Part shown: positions 38,200 to 52,026 of the stretch, in pieces | Layout of the letters: each line of letters begins with the position of its first letter | How positions within the stretch are numbered: the stretch's first letter is position 1 | Assembly (NCBI GenBank): GCA_013265495.1 | Contig: MU057632.1 | Coordinates: 232,054 to 296,053, forward strand | DNA length: 64,000 nucleotides | Reading direction: 5' to 3' | DNA from: Vicugna vicugna | Taxonomy: Eukaryota | Program-made: the position numbers and the translations under genes | The notes under the pieces: model-generated | The model's database searches: none | Seen by the model: the letters and a program-made list of their open reading frames with translations, nothing else | What the model was told of the DNA's origin: nothing

Positions 38200-38469
38200 T
38201 AGCTCACCACTCTCCTCTCTTTATGGTGCTTACATTTTTTTCCTATTAAATTTTTGTTTGCTTTCATTTTGAGTAGATAATACATTCCAAGGCTTTAAAA
38301 GTCAAAACTCTGTAACACCTGTCACATGTATACATTGAGGAAGCCTCATGACATGCCTGTCTGCCCAGCCCCCAGGGAATTGCAAGAGTGAGTGTTCTCT
38401 TTTGAAGTGAAACAGGTCAAGATTTCTTAGTGACACAGAAGGGATGGACACAGGAGGATCTGCAGGGGG

Positions 38470-39006
38470 TGAAAGAAACCAGAATCCTCCAAAATATGTC
38501 ATCTTAGCAGAAGGATTATCTTGAGCTGATTATTTTAGGAAATAGCAGACACAGGAGAAGCTCTGAAAATGGAGTAGAAGTTACCCTTTGGTAAAAGACA
38601 GTTTACATTTACAAGGGAAATCTCCATTTGTAAAGGTGCTCTCCCTTTCTGTTCCAGGAGGAGCAGGATGACGCCAAATCCCAAGAGAATGTTATTGACG
38701 GAGAAGGCACACACTGGTATCTGTGTGACAAACTTTACTCTTGTTTATAGCATTTTTCCTGGTCACCTTCCCATAACTTGACTCCCCTGTATCCTTCCTC
38801 CTCTATTTTTAGCTAAAGATGGTATTGAAGCCAGAATTTGAAGCCACATCTTAGCGTTCACTCATCCCTGAGTTTCTCTCATGTAAATGTGAGATGTACA
38901 TGTAATAAACTTGTTTGTTCTTCTCTTGTTCATCTGTCTCTTGTCACAGGGGCCCCAGTGGAGAACTGAGCAGGGTGGAGGGAAAAGGAAGTTTTCCTCT
39001 CCTACA
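38470..39006 (+). mobile_element. MER34-family (ERV1) solo LTR
   Basis: TG...CA termini (tgaaagaaaccagaat...ttttcctctcctaca); aggattatcttgagctgattattt, cagacacaggagaagctctgaaaa; AATAAA near 38904; flanks aggggg / aggggc. Confidence 0.85.
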
Positions 39007-39529
39007 AGGGGCGTCAGGAATAGAGTGGAGTTGGCAAGGAGCTTTCCTAGGAAAGGAGCTCTTACTCTGGGGAAGAAGGGAACAGGTGACAGGTTAGTAC
39101 GATTCACTGGGTCTGAAAGTAGGCTTAAGTGTATGTGTGGTTTCAGTGATATTCAACATTTTAGAATTTGTGGTTGTCAAATCCCACAAATGAGAAAGCT
39201 GCTCCGTAAGTGAAACACACTGGAGTCCAATACCGACGGCCTCAGTCATGTTCAGTTAATAACCTACTACTTTTCTACCCAGCTCCAAAGGGTGAGTTAC
39301 CAGCTCACAATGTGCCCAGTGAAATTGCTACTCAGAAGAAGAAAAGCTTGGTTTACAGCCAGTGGGCTGCAAGTCAGGCTGAAGTCCACTCAGGAAAATG
39401 TTAACCAATCCAAGTTTTAAGAGAAATATGTGTGTCTTTACCAGATGATATGTGTGTTGGGAGTTCTCACTAGGTAAGTTCATCATTGGACTGTGAGGCC
39501 AAGGCAGGGACCAAGTCGGCTTCAACCAC

Positions 39530-39605
39530 CCGGTTCATCTAGAGTCTAGGACCGCACCAGCACACACTAGGTGCTCAGCACAGTCACTGGCTGGATGAAT
39601 GACAG
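39530..39605 (+). mobile_element. L2 3' tip
   Basis: ccagcacacactaggtgctcag...ctggatgaatga. Confidence 0.55.
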
Positions 39606-39932
39606 AATCACACGGAACCAGCTGACTGCAGAGTTGTCAGTGAGCATTTACACCTTCCCAGGTCCTCAGAAGAAACAAAAAGTAGGTAAGAGAGCAGACA
39701 CCTGCCTCTGGAATTTACCATCTAGATGCAGCATATGAGTTTATGACTTTTGACTTAGGACAAAAATAAAACTGGGCTATTTAAAGAAAAAAGCTTCAGT
39801 GAAGGAACAATTTTGGGAGGATGATAAAGAGGGAATAAATGCTAGAGAAATTCCTGAGAGCCCTGCTAATTAGAAAATTACTGAGAAGGAAGGGATTACC
39901 CTCAGGTGGAAAAGAGGAATAAGGTGAACTCT

Positions 39933-40090
39933 CACAGGGAACTATATTCAATATCTTTTAGTAACTTATGGTGAAAGAGAATATGAAAATGAATATACGT
40001 ATGTTCCCATATGACTGAAGAACTGTGCTGTACACCAGAAATTGACACATTGTAAACTGACTATACGTCAATAAAAAATATATATTAAAA
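39933..40090 (+). mobile_element. Young L1 3' tip
   Basis: cacagggaactatattcaatatc...ctgtacaccagaaattgacac...caataaaaaa; imperfect TSD aaggtgaactct / aaggtcaaatct. Confidence 0.9.
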
Positions 40091-41097
40091 ATAGAAGGTC
40101 AAATCTGGTAATTTGGTGTAGAGTCTCAAAATGTCTAAGTCCAGCTCAAGCTGGAAAATAATTTACAACATGGTCTTAGGTTGAGAACTCAGCGTTGTTG
40201 TAAGAAGATAAAATGTTTCTGTCAAATTTCCAGTTTTATTAAGGGGATTTCACGTCACTGTAAAAATGAGTTCTTTCTGAAACTTTGCAGTTGCCAGACA
40301 CAGATTCTAGAATTCCGTATACTAGAAGGAGATGTTTTGAGCTAGGTGCGATAAAAGAAGTATACAACGCAAGATCTTAAACTGGGTCCAATAAAATTTC
40401 TTGCCAATCATGCGAAGGTACTCGGTATCTGTGTTTGCTTTGTGTACGTACACGTGTGCGTGTGTTTTCTTGGAATGTTTCACACTTTCAAGTTGACGTC
40501 TTTATGTGCCACAGCAACCACCCTTACTAAAAAATACTTTACTGATCTCACTGAATCCTTCCTTTTGGGTTCCATTTTACCATCCACCCTTATAACTTAC
40601 TTCAATTTGGTAGACTTACAATAACCTTTTCTTCTCCCCCACGTGGACTAATTGTTCTTAGCGTTGACTTCAGTCATCAGGACAAACATTATCCTTTTTA
40701 TCTCCAGCTACAGTTATACAAGCCAGCTATTTAATTTCAGAGCTCGGGCCCACATGTTATTTGGTGAAATGTTAACTGCTTTTCCACCCAGCTCCTTTGA
40801 TCTCTCTTTTAATTTAATGGATTTGGACACAATAAGAAGTTCTCAAAGTATATTTCTTGACACCCCTCAGGACTGAGATCAGCTTTGTCATGTATTAAGA
40901 ATCAAGCTTGCCCCTTTGTTCTAGGTGTAAAATCCTCATTCTTAAAAGGTATTGATTGGCTCTCTGAGATGTTCTATGGGAAATGGTTGTGGATTAGGAT
41001 AAAATAAAAACACTATCACCAAATAAAAAGTGAGCATAGGTATGTATTTTCATGGTTACTGACAGATTACAAATCTTAGAGAAGGGCATAGGTTTCT

Positions 41098-41785
41098 TTT
41101 TTTTTAATTGAAGTTTAGTCAGTTTACAATGTTGTGTCAATTTCTGGTGAATGGCACAGTGATTCAGTCATACATATACACACATATATTCCTTTTCATA
41201 TTCTTTTTCATTATAGGTTACTACAAGATATTGACTACAGTTCCCTGTGCTCTACAGTAGGAACTTGTTGTTTATCTATTTTGTACACAGTAGTTAGAAT
41301 TTGCAAATCTCAAACTCCTAATTTATCCCTTCTTTACCCCTTCCCCCTCCCCCTATAACCATGTTTGTTTTCTATGTGAATCTGTCTCTGTTTTGTGAAT
41401 AAGTTCATTTGTGTCATTTTTAAGATTTCATACATAAGTGGTATCATATGGTATTTTTCTTTCTCTTTCTGGCTTACTTCACTTACAATGACAATCTCCA
41501 AATCCATCTATGTTGCTGCAAATGGCATTGTTTTATTCTTTTTTATGGCTGAGTAGTACTCCATTGTATAAATATACCACATCTTCTTTATCAACTCATC
41601 TGTCGATGGATGTTTAGGTTGCTTCCCTGTCTTGGCTATTGTATATAGTGCTGCTATGAATATTGGGGTGCATGTATCTTTTCAAATTAGAGTTCCCTCC
41701 TTACATATGCTGAGTATTAGGATTGCAGGATCATATGGTAAGTCTATTTTTAGTTTTTTAAGGAACCTCCATACTGTTGTCCATG
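41098..41785 (-). mobile_element. Young L1 3' end
   Basis: Family match; TSD agggcataggtttct (41083-41097) / aggacacaggtttct (41786-41800). Confidence 0.95.
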
Positions 41786-42849
41786 AGGACACAGGTTTCT
41801 CTATGAGAAGGCTGAGGGGTTAAATTAAGGAAGAATAATTTTAGGGAAAAGAGGATATTGTAAGAATAGAGGAACCAAAAATTCAGGTCATGGGGACAAT
41901 GTGCCCCTCTTGCTTTGTGTTCATATGCTTTCTCTGCATGTGAAAATACTCAAATCATCAATGTTGGTTTTCAGGATGTCAGGGGCAGCACATTTCAGGA
42001 ACTGAAAATCGAGCTCAAAAGTTTTCAGAAAAACAATCTGCATCCTCAGATCTAAGAAGCAGCAACAGGAAAGGCTAGAGAAGGTTGTCCTAAGGCCTTG
42101 GGACCAGATATCTAATCTAATCAGTAACAGGAATTTGATTGCACATAACCTTTTGTAGGGCGTAAAAAGTTACATTGGGACGATGAATCCTTATGACATC
42201 ATCACAGGCAGAGTCAATATTTGAGTTTCCCCTCCCATAATACGGCATTCCTCCAAGTTCTAAAAACATATTCCTAGAATTCAAGACGGACCACGCCAGT
42301 CTGGGATCATTTTACTGCTCCTGCCCTTGGAATTCTCCCTTCCCCAGTGGCCTCTGATGCACACACAGCTGTGGACCGACTGCCCACTCCAGTGTGGTCA
42401 TCAATGCAGGAGGCACGGGCCTCTTGGCCATCACTGTCACCAGGTGAGTACCAGACGTGGCAGCCTGCTCAGCTACTGGAGCGGCAGTGGGGGAGGCCCG
42501 TGTACGATCCTAGTGCATGGAGACCATGTTAAAGTCTCAGCGTCAGTGGGCTTCTCCTTCCTGCAACTCTCAAGTTGGCGATAAGTGGCAAGAATTTTCT
42601 GCCTGCTTTTTGGATGATGATTTTAGTTTTCTTTCTGGTGAAGCAATGGCCTCATCTGTTCCATTCAGTGATACAAAACTGTGCCCTGACTCCAAACAAG
42701 TGAATCAGGGTAAAGGATGATGATTTCTGCATGACAGATCATCTTTTAATCAGTCTGTTCACTAAAATTGGCTGCTGGTGGCATTTCATGAAAAAGTGAT
42801 TTCGGGTACCCTACCAGTTTTTAATACAAATGATTATCGAGACAGACTT

Positions 42850-42955
42850 TTTAAAAAATTGAAGTGTAGTTGATTTACAATGTTAGTTTCAGATGTACAG
42901 CAAAGTGATTCAGCTACACATAAACACATATATATACATATACCCCTTCTCAGAT
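42850..42955 (-). mobile_element. Young L1 extreme 3' tip
   Basis: attgaagtgtagttgatttacaatgttagtttcagatgtacagcaaagtgattcag; imperfect TSD agacagactttt / agactggctttt. Confidence 0.88.
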
Positions 42956-44262
42956 AAGACTGGCTTTTAAACAAAACAGTAAGAGATCAAATTTATAAGG
43001 GTCTTGAGAGCTCAATGTTTAGTTTTTCTTAGCTATTCTTGATTTTTAGTGATCTGAGTTACTAGGATAGTTGTTGAAAAAAATATTAAAGGGAAATATC
43101 TGTGATATTCTTCTATTAATTCTTCTCCTCAAAGAATAAAAGCACATTTATTACATCTCTGTTGGGAATTAAAAAAAAAGGGAGACATTTTGAATAAGAG
43201 GATTGTTCAAGACAGTTTTGAATAAAAAAACAATCAGAGGATAGAGCTTTTGTTAAAAAAAAAAAGAAGAAGTCTTCTTCTTCCCTCATGATTAAATACA
43301 AAATTAAGTCAGTAATCTTTTTATTCCCAAAATAAATTGAGTTTACTGGCGAGGGGCCAGTGTAAGGCAAATATTACCCCCGCTTCCTAGTGTAACTTTG
43401 GTGAAAGTAACAGCTAGACTTACTCTGATTACAATTTATGAAAAAATAGCAAGATTGATTTATTAGTCCCTGCGGAGAAATCCACTGGACAAAAGGGCCA
43501 AAACTGGATATGATAAAATATTGTGAAATGAATGAAAATGAGTACCGTATGAATCCTTTTAAAGCTATACCAGTGTAGTTAAATTTTTCCTGTCTGTTTT
43601 GTAATGTGGACACTATAAACACACATGGCATATAAACTCAGAAAAACCTCAATTGTCCAACGCCACCACTTCATGATCAATTTCAGAGAAATGGCAGGGA
43701 AATAAAAAAACAAGGGTGTTTGCAGCTGTCCCTGCTCCTCACAACACCCAGGGGACTCTGCTCCAACTTGGTGCGTCCAAGTGTCCCGTTCCACCTACAC
43801 GGTTGGAAATACTATTTGCCACATGTAATTCTACTCTGCATCGCTGGACTCCAGACCATGCAATTGCCACAGCATCTCCAAGAGAGGAAACCACACTTCT
43901 ACTATTCTCATTCCCTACCACACAGCACAGCAGACGATTTGTATAATGTCGTAGAGAATTAATGTTAAAGACCACCTAGGGTTCAACTTTCCAACCTAGA
44001 ACGCCCTTTTCAGAGGGCCAAGACCCCGACTCTGCATTTTGTGTTAATCGTACTGAGTTCCAAATATAAGTGTTCCTTTCTGCTTTTTCCCGAGTCAATA
44101 TGAGCCAGTATGAACACTGCTAATCAAGGAGCAACTCTGATTCAACAGCAATACTAACGAGGAAAGCGTGGGGAAAGTAGTCAAATAGAAAAGCAGTGAG
44201 GGGAGTAGTGGTTCTATTGAGATTGTGTATGTGCATTTGTTTGCTATTTAAAACTTCCTTTG

Positions 44263-44395
44263 AGGAGGAGGGTGTAGCTCAGTGGTAGAACCTGTGCTTA
44301 GCATGCAGGAGGTCCTGGGTTCAATCCCTAGTGCCTTCATTAAATGAATAAATAAATAAAAATAAATAAACCTAATTACCACCCCCCCCTCAAAT
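44263..44395 (+). mobile_element. Vic-1-type SINE
   Basis: gggtgtagctcagtggtagaacctgtgcttagcatgcaggaggtcctgggttcaatccc; imperfect TSD aaaacttcctttg / aaaactctgtttg. Confidence 0.92.
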
Positions 44396-46677
44396 AAAAC
44401 TCTGTTTGGTCCACTTATCTGCTATCATCATCTCCTATGGAATTTAAGAAGATAATGTTGTTAATACTTGTTGATTATTAAAGCCATTGCATATAAAGTC
44501 TTCATCGTCTCTTGACAAAACTTAGGCTCTTTCAGGTCTTCTTTTCTGAATCTATTTAAAGAAAACTTTAATGAACTTTTAGCATGGGTTAATTTATTAG
44601 TATGACAAGTAACCTAAATACTGAAATACAGACAATGACATAAGGTAATATTTTTCATAAATATAAAAACATATATTATTTGGAGGGTAGATTCAACCTT
44701 AAGATAACTGGGAATCTTAGTAGCTGGTAGAGATATAAACATAATAAAAAAATCAATCTCCACTGGCTCTTCTCTCCTAGTACATACCTCAAGGGGAAAA
44801 ATTGATACTGACAATAAATCCATTAAAAAGTAAAAAAGAATGAGCTATTTTATGAGAAAGGAAGCCAAGACCTAACAAAATGTTGTTCAAATGCTAATCA
44901 GAGAAGATGCTGTCTGCTCACCCTGCTCGGGGAAGCAGCCAGGAGATTCAGAACAACTTGTTCCCATGACTCTTATCTGTAAAGTATGGTAACAACAGGT
45001 TAGTTGAATTTGTAAACAGCTGGTTTTAGAAAGGTCTTGGCTGTGTGTAAAGTCAATTCTTTTTTTTTTAATCTCATAAGAATGACCTCAAAGAACCTTA
45101 ACAATTTTCCTTCAGATGCGTGGTATTGCTAGTCAAATTTCAGTCCAGCAATTATTTTAAAATTAGTATCTCACCACCCTGTAATTGGACCCTGATAGAG
45201 TGGAGAAAGTTGATAATTGCTTTTGAAACTGACGTTGTGCTGCATTAATTGATTTTTTTTTGTATTCTGGGAAAACTCCAGCATGTTGGTATCTCTTCAT
45301 AAAATGGTGTAATTGGACCCTTAGGATTTTTATGAAGGTTTTTTTTTTATGGTTGTTTTTATTCTTACTGTATCTAAATTGTAAAGAAGTCAAAGGTCTG
45401 GTTAAGTATTACACTGTAAGACAAAATTAACTATAAACTATCTCCATGTAACTTGTCTGCCTAACTTTCCAAGTAGAGCTGTCCTCTGTGGCTGCAATAA
45501 TAAATCTCATTATTTAATATTTGACCAAAAATGTGGCTATTGTAGATAGACAGACTGACAGGCTGGTAGAGACAAATGCCATGGAGCCTCTTTACCACAT
45601 TTTCTCTTCTGAAGTACAGACAGATAAACAGATAATGTTTCTGGAAGAGATGCGGGTATATCTATTAAGATTTACATACACTAAGAGGGAGAAACCCTTT
45701 AATGCTTTCACTGGCGTTTCATTAGAGATACTCCACTGACCTCTGGATATCCCACATCAGGTCATAATAGTCTCGTGGCCTATTAAGCACGCAAGAGGTC
45801 TTGTACCTCAGTTATAGCTACCAGTCCAAACCCTGCCCTCCTTCTAGGAAACACGGTGTGTAATAAATATTATTTGACGATGGTAACAGCTTTAGATGCT
45901 CCAAACTTTCCCTCCCAACTTAGGATCACGAGAGTCAAAAACTGCCTGATTCGCAGTGTGAAAAGACACCTATTTCACATTCAAAGCGCAGGAGAAAAGC
46001 ATAGCAAATGGGGTATATTTGTTAGTTTCAAAATTTTTACCTTTTTTCTCTGGACATCATCATTATCAGTTATGGTCTGTGGGGTCCAATGTTCACTAGT
46101 ATGCTGCAGTTAACACTGATGTTCAAAGGCTATTATGGATGTTAGTCACTTGGGGATACAGTTAAAATCATTGCTGGTGGGAAACTCGACATACATCAGT
46201 TAGGAACTTGAAGAGTCATGAACTTTGCCTGATGGAAGGCCGTTAGGCTGAAAGTCTGGGGATGGGGTGTGGTGACAGCTCATCGAGGAACTCTGCGTAA
46301 ACCTCGCTGTGCTGCATTTTCATGTGCAGAAAATGAGAGAAAGGAATCTTCCTTCCCCACATGTTGTAAATCAAACAAATGTATTTTAAGCACTTTAAGA
46401 TTTCCATACACAAGTAGTTCTACAGTTGAACTATAGTTAACAGCCAGATCAAGCACTTTGCCAATCAACAAATCCGTGTATTTATTCCCTTTTCTCCTTG
46501 CTTTCCCCATTAAATTTCATAGATGGAAGCATGTTGGAACCAAGAAATGATTCTTTGTGCTAACATTGATGTAATATATGTCACAATGTAGTGTATAAAA
46601 GATGATTCAGAACCTCTTTATCTTTTGAACAGCAGTGGTCTTATAATCACTTGCATGATCTCTGCTCAGGTAAAATA

Positions 46678-46885
46678 CTGTGATTTCATGGAAAAGACAT
46701 GGCTTTGGAAATAGCTGGTCTAGACCTGATTCTGCTACTGTAGTCACCTTGGGCCAGGTACGTGGCTTTCCCAAATCTCTATTTTCACATGATTAAATGG
46801 GGATTAAATGTACTTACTTCCAGAGTCATGAGAAACAAGTGAGATTATGTATGTTAAATTTCTGGGTGGTCACTATATGTAAGTT
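46678..46885 (+). mobile_element. MIR
   Basis: ggaaaagacatggctttgga...accttgggccagg...aaatggggatt...cttacttccagag. Confidence 0.65.
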
Positions 46886-47589
46886 TCCTTTCTCCCCTGT
46901 TATACTTTAAGAGTAGATCATCAGAGTTGCAGAATAAAGAAACACACATGCTCCCCCCTTGAATTTTTAGGGGATTAGATTTTCTATAAGCTCATGAATT
47001 TCCCTTCAAAGAATAAAATGACTACGAAAAAAGAGAATAAAATGGCATACAAAAGAATCTTGAACAGTAGTAATGAATTGTTTTTCCTTGTGTAGTCAAA
47101 GGACATAATCTGCTAGGAAAAGCCTTCACTAATGTAAGTAATCAGTTCACATGACATTGATAGTAGCAGAAAATGGAAAATTAAAGGAAAATTAAGGGCA
47201 CGGGGGAAAAACAAAGGAACAGGATGAGCTCAGATTCTGATCTCAGGATTTAGAAATCCTCAGCTTTTGTTTTGAAACTTGCATGGCTTTTCTCTGCACA
47301 CTCATGAGGAGACTGGCTTGACTTGTGACCATCTGCTCGTGGCCGGTGGAGAGAAACACGGCCAGTGGACCGTGAATGGACACAGCTCCCAGAGATCCAA
47401 AAATGCCTCTTCTTAAATAAATAAGTGTGTGGGGGAAACGGCAGTCACAGAGCTGACGTGTCCTGTGTAACGCATCACCCTGCTAAATTCCCAGATGTTT
47501 CATGATGGAAGATTTCAATTTCGTGGCACTGTTTCCCAGGATTAAAGGCTCAAACTGGAATTGAGTCAATGACAAAATGATTTACTAGG

Positions 47590-47715
47590 AGGTAAGTTCT
47601 GAGACAGCCAGACCCTGCCTGTCTTGTACTCTGCTGAACGCCCCAGAGTAGGTCCTGGAATACTGCCAAGCACATAGTAGGTGCCTTACTGTACACACAA
47701 GTATTTGTGGAAAAA
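47590..47715 (+). mobile_element. L2 3' end
   Basis: gtcttgtactctgctg...gcacatagtaggtgcc...aagtatttgtggaa. Confidence 0.65.
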
Positions 47716-48074
47716 AATACGAAAGAATGTTTTTTAAAAAACTGACCTTGACCCTTTGTAACACTTTGATGTATGAAATTATAGACACTACAAAGGTGGG
47801 ATGCCTCTTAGTAAATGTTAACCCCAAGATAACCTTACCAAAGCCCACCCAACATAGCTAATGATGGTGTGAAAAAATAAAATTTTAGTGGACTGCTACA
47901 TACTTAATGCAGCAAAAGAGACAACATATAGGAAAACAGGGTTTGTAATTGTTATAAACCAGTACTAGTAATTAGTGCTCATTGGATATTAACTAGGACC
48001 ACACAATGGTCGATGTGGTTTATATATTTACTCTCATTAAGTCATAGTCCTACAGGGATGTGCATCAAGAATTA

Positions 48075-48390
48075 CAGGGCAGTGGCTGAGGACAGAGTTT
48101 GAGGGTTTACAGCCTGGCTGTAAATTCAGACCCTGGTACTTCACTGCCTCTGGGCAAATTGTCTTACTTCTTGGTTTCTCAGTTTCCTTATCTGTGAAAA
48201 GAAGAAAACAGTAGAGCTTACCTCATATGGCTGTTGTGATGCTGACATGTGTAACTGATCCCAGGTCAGTACAAGACATGTAATCTCTAGCCCACGTTTC
48301 TCTGTGTCTCTCTCTGCCTCTCTCTTTTTCTGTCTGTCTTGCTTTCTCACTTGCACAGAACAGTGCCTAGTGCAAAGAAGGAGCTACATG
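48075..48390 (+). mobile_element. MIR (interrupted by CT-rich tract)
   Basis: ctgggcaaattgtcttacttc...ctcagtttccttatctgtgaaa...ttacctcatatggctgttgtga. Confidence 0.75.
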
Positions 48391-48411
48391 ATGTCCTCCA
48401 TCATTGTGTGT

Positions 48412-48535
48412 TATGATTATCACCCCACTTTACAGATGAGGAAACCGAGGCACTGAGCAGTCTCACACAGGTGGCAGGTATGGAAATGAAGTTTGGACTC
48501 CAGCCGATCTGACGCTAGGGCTTGTGCTCTTAACT
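48412..48535 (-). mobile_element. MIR
   Basis: ccccactttacagatgaggaaaccgaggcac. Confidence 0.8.
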
Positions 48536-50364
48536 TTGATCCCAAAGCCTCTCCCCAGATGAATGTGCTGAAAATGCAGTTAATTCACTCTTAGTGACAA
48601 TTCTTCTAGGATTTATTCCATAGTTTTCAAATGATACTTTGACACTCCCTGACTGATTTCTGATAAAGAAGTATAGGCGTTTCTGTAGGTTATTAATAAA
48701 AATATGCTATCATGAACAGTTGCCTGATTAATTTTAAGAGCCAACACACTAGAAGATGATTATGATTTTCTGTAATTAAGTCTGCAAAAATTGGTAGTCA
48801 CTAAAAATAAGCCTCATCTCCGTGAGCCCAGCTCTGCATTCATCTGACCCTGAAAATCCTTCAATGTTCATTCCCATCTGAGACGATGGATCCCCGACCT
48901 GAGCTCTAGTTTAAGATGTGTTCACACAGATCCTACAATACAAGGAGGGCAGGGCTATCTGGCAGTGACTATAGAACAGACTGGGGCTTTTCAGAACAGC
49001 TCAATCACACTTTTAACCAAAAAGAAAATAATGTAGGGCAATAACATGTATCACTAACAATGCAGACTCCATTTAAGAGTAAATGAGAAGATGTTGTGTC
49101 TGTTTCAATGTCAAGTTGCCTCTTTAGTCACATCCGTGCTATGATCATGAAAAAGACAACAACAACAAAAAATGATGATGTAATTTCCAAATCTCCCCTC
49201 GGAGTAATTTAACTTTGTAAGTTTAAAAAGCCTGTGAAACCTGGCCAAGTGTGTCAAGTAGACTATAAAATCAAAGACTGAAGCTGCAAACAAGGTTATT
49301 TTCCATTAAAAATAACAATTATTTTCCTTCCTGAAATCAGCCAAAGAGACTTCTACACGGAGATCCGGGCCAAGGCTGAGGTGATGAACTTTTTGGCTAA
49401 TGTAACTGGTCATTTCAGCACTGGATGCAGCCTCTCCTGCAGGTGTCCCTGTCACCTCAGACTCCCTACAGAAATCCAGTGAACATTCGAGGAAAAATTG
49501 CTTTAAAGGAATCTGTACTTCTACTTGGAAAACTCAGGGGTCCTTTTGAAGCTTCAAATCTATATTCAAATTTCCCCCAAACAATTGGAAAAGTCAGAAG
49601 GCAATTAGTATATGGAAAGCAGAATCTCTCTACAACTGAGGTTGTGATTTCTTTAACTCCTCTTTCTGTCAATCCCTTTAACTTTTTACCTGTAAAATAT
49701 ATTTCTGAGCCCATTCTGGAGGCCTCCCTGACAGCTACAGAGCTGAGGTGTCAAGAACGACTCTACTTCTCGATTGTTTAAATCATAAAATCCTTGATGA
49801 ATATTTGGGGGTAATTATCGATAATTATATTAACATAAATTTATGCAGAACAGAGAAAGGGGTTTAATTTTCCTACTCCAGGTCAATTAGTGAATAGCTA
49901 TATATGTTTAAAAATGAAGGATTCTGTAAATGGAAAGGGAACTTTCATTTAGAAATAAACTACAAGACATTGCTTTGTCATCAGCAAGGCAAAGCAACTT
50001 TCTGCTGGGTATTGTGCTATCTCCTCCAAATCTCTCTAGTGCACCACTGGAAAGAGGAGAAGGAATGAAAGGATGCGGAGACATAAAGAAAGAAAAGAAA
50101 GTAAAAGGAATAAAATTAAAGATACTGGGTGGGGGAAGGGAAGTAAAACTGATGGAGACCTATCTTAGTCTAGGCACTTGTTAAGCATCTCAGTCTGGCT
50201 TCATGACAACCTCATAAAGCAGGGATTCTGGAATCTGGGTTCCATCAGACCCCAACCTACACCAGTGCCCCTCACATTACATCATATTGTCTTGGCCCGT
50301 CTCAATGTCCTTTTCTTGGTGGCTTAATGTGAGTGTTTCTCCACGTGCAGGTACAACACACAGG

Positions 50365-50565
50365 TAACTAACACAGAGTATCTATCATGGCCCAGGGACT
50401 TTTCTGAATACCTGACACAGACCACCTTATTTAATCCTTAAAACAGCCCTGTTTTTATTCCCACCTACCAACAGGGAACCAACCCCCAGACTAGGAGTCA
50501 CAGAGCTAGTAGATGCCGAATCTGTGATTCAAACGCAGCCAGGACAGAGTCAGAGTCCCTCTGCT
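50365..50565 (-). mobile_element. MIR
   Basis: cttatttaatccttaaaacagccctg...gtcacagagctagtagatg...gattcaaacgcag. Confidence 0.6.
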
Positions 50566-50908
50566 CAGTCGCTGCCTGGGACTGCCTCTTCGTGTCGGGC
50601 AGACGGCGGAGGAAACACGTGACTTATCTGAGTGGTCTTCATTGTCCTGGCCAAATGGTTTATCCAGAACACACACCATCACTGCCTCTATCTGGGAGGG
50701 CTGATTGACAGATGGTAATGTCCTGGTCACACCTGGCCTGTGCACCCACTGGCCCAGGGACCATGGCACTAGTAAGTGGACAAGCGCCCTGCAGTCCCAG
50801 GGTGGGATGGGGGACAGACACACACTCCAGTCACTCAAGATACAGGCAGGATGGCATGAACCACCTGATGCATGGAAGTGAACAGAGCTGGGCATAAAGA
50901 TTTTTCCT

Positions 50909-51177
50909 TTGGGAGTGCGAAAGTTGCAGATACACACTACTATATATAAAATAGATAAACAAATTTCTATTGTATAGCACAGGGAGCTATATTCAATACC
51001 TTGTAATAGCCTATAATGAAAGAAATATGAAAACAAACATGTATGACTGATACATTATGCTGTACACCAGAAATTGACACATAATTGTACACTGACTATA
51101 CTTCAATAAAAAATAATGCAAAAAAAATAAGAAAAGGAAAGGAAAAAAAGATGTTATAATAAAACAACCATTAAAAA
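50909..51177 (+). mobile_element. Young L1 3' end with short extra 3' segment
   Basis: Family match; TSD aaagatttttc at 50896-50906 and 51178-51188. Confidence 0.92.
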
Positions 51178-52026
51178 AAAGATTTTTCTTGCTGGAACTT
51201 TACTAATTTGACTGAAATGAAAACCATTTCAATAAGGATGCATAAATAATTCAGCTGGATAAATCACACTGTGGGGTCCTGGGCTGGTGGTGTGGGCTGC
51301 ATGCTCTTGAATTAGCCACGTGACAGAAGAAATGTATCTTTAGAAAACCCAAAAGCATTATTATAAATTACGACAATAAAATTTTACTTTACTCCCTTAA
51401 AATCCCAGCTCATGTGTATAATTTATCAATATGGAGAGTTGTTTCAATGAATTGGCTTATTTTGTGCATATTCTCAGCTCCCTGGGACACTTACAGCCCC
51501 AGCTACAGTGATACTCCAGTTTTATCCTGTGATGCAGAAGGCACAATTGAAAGTGTGGAGAAATCAGACATTTGTAGGTGGTGTCAGAGAATTTGAAAAT
51601 CGTTAAGTCACCAAGGCCAAGGATGAGGAAACTATGGTCTAGAGAGACTGAATAATGTGTGGGGGTTTAAGGTGAGGAGGAGAGAGGCAAGAAGGAGGTT
51701 TTGACAAGTGCTAAGAATTTGCTACAGAATTTATATTTTAATGAGTTGAGTAAATTTATCAATTAAAAAATGCACATTATACACATGTATATATTTGACT
51801 GAACTATATAAATATATTTTATAAAAATGTAATAAAATATAATACCTGCCATGGTTGAAATATCAGTTGTAGGAGGCTGGGAAATGATAAATTTTTCAGT
51901 TCAAAACTTTGTATGTGACTGATTTTAATACACTAATTCTATTGTCCTTTCCCTTGATTTAGGAAAATCTGTCATGTAGATTTCTGAGTTAAACTTAAGG
52001 TTAAAGTTGAAGTGTCTAATCTTTGA

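Noticed and set aside
49341..49781. Codon-like stretch QRDFYTEIRAKAE after an AG, and the 118-aa ORF
   Set aside because: Weak donor (gtgatg) and no recognisable homology.
50506..51036. 176-aa minus-strand ORF
   Set aside because: Begins in antisense L1 3'UTR and ends in a MIR; no recognisable domain.
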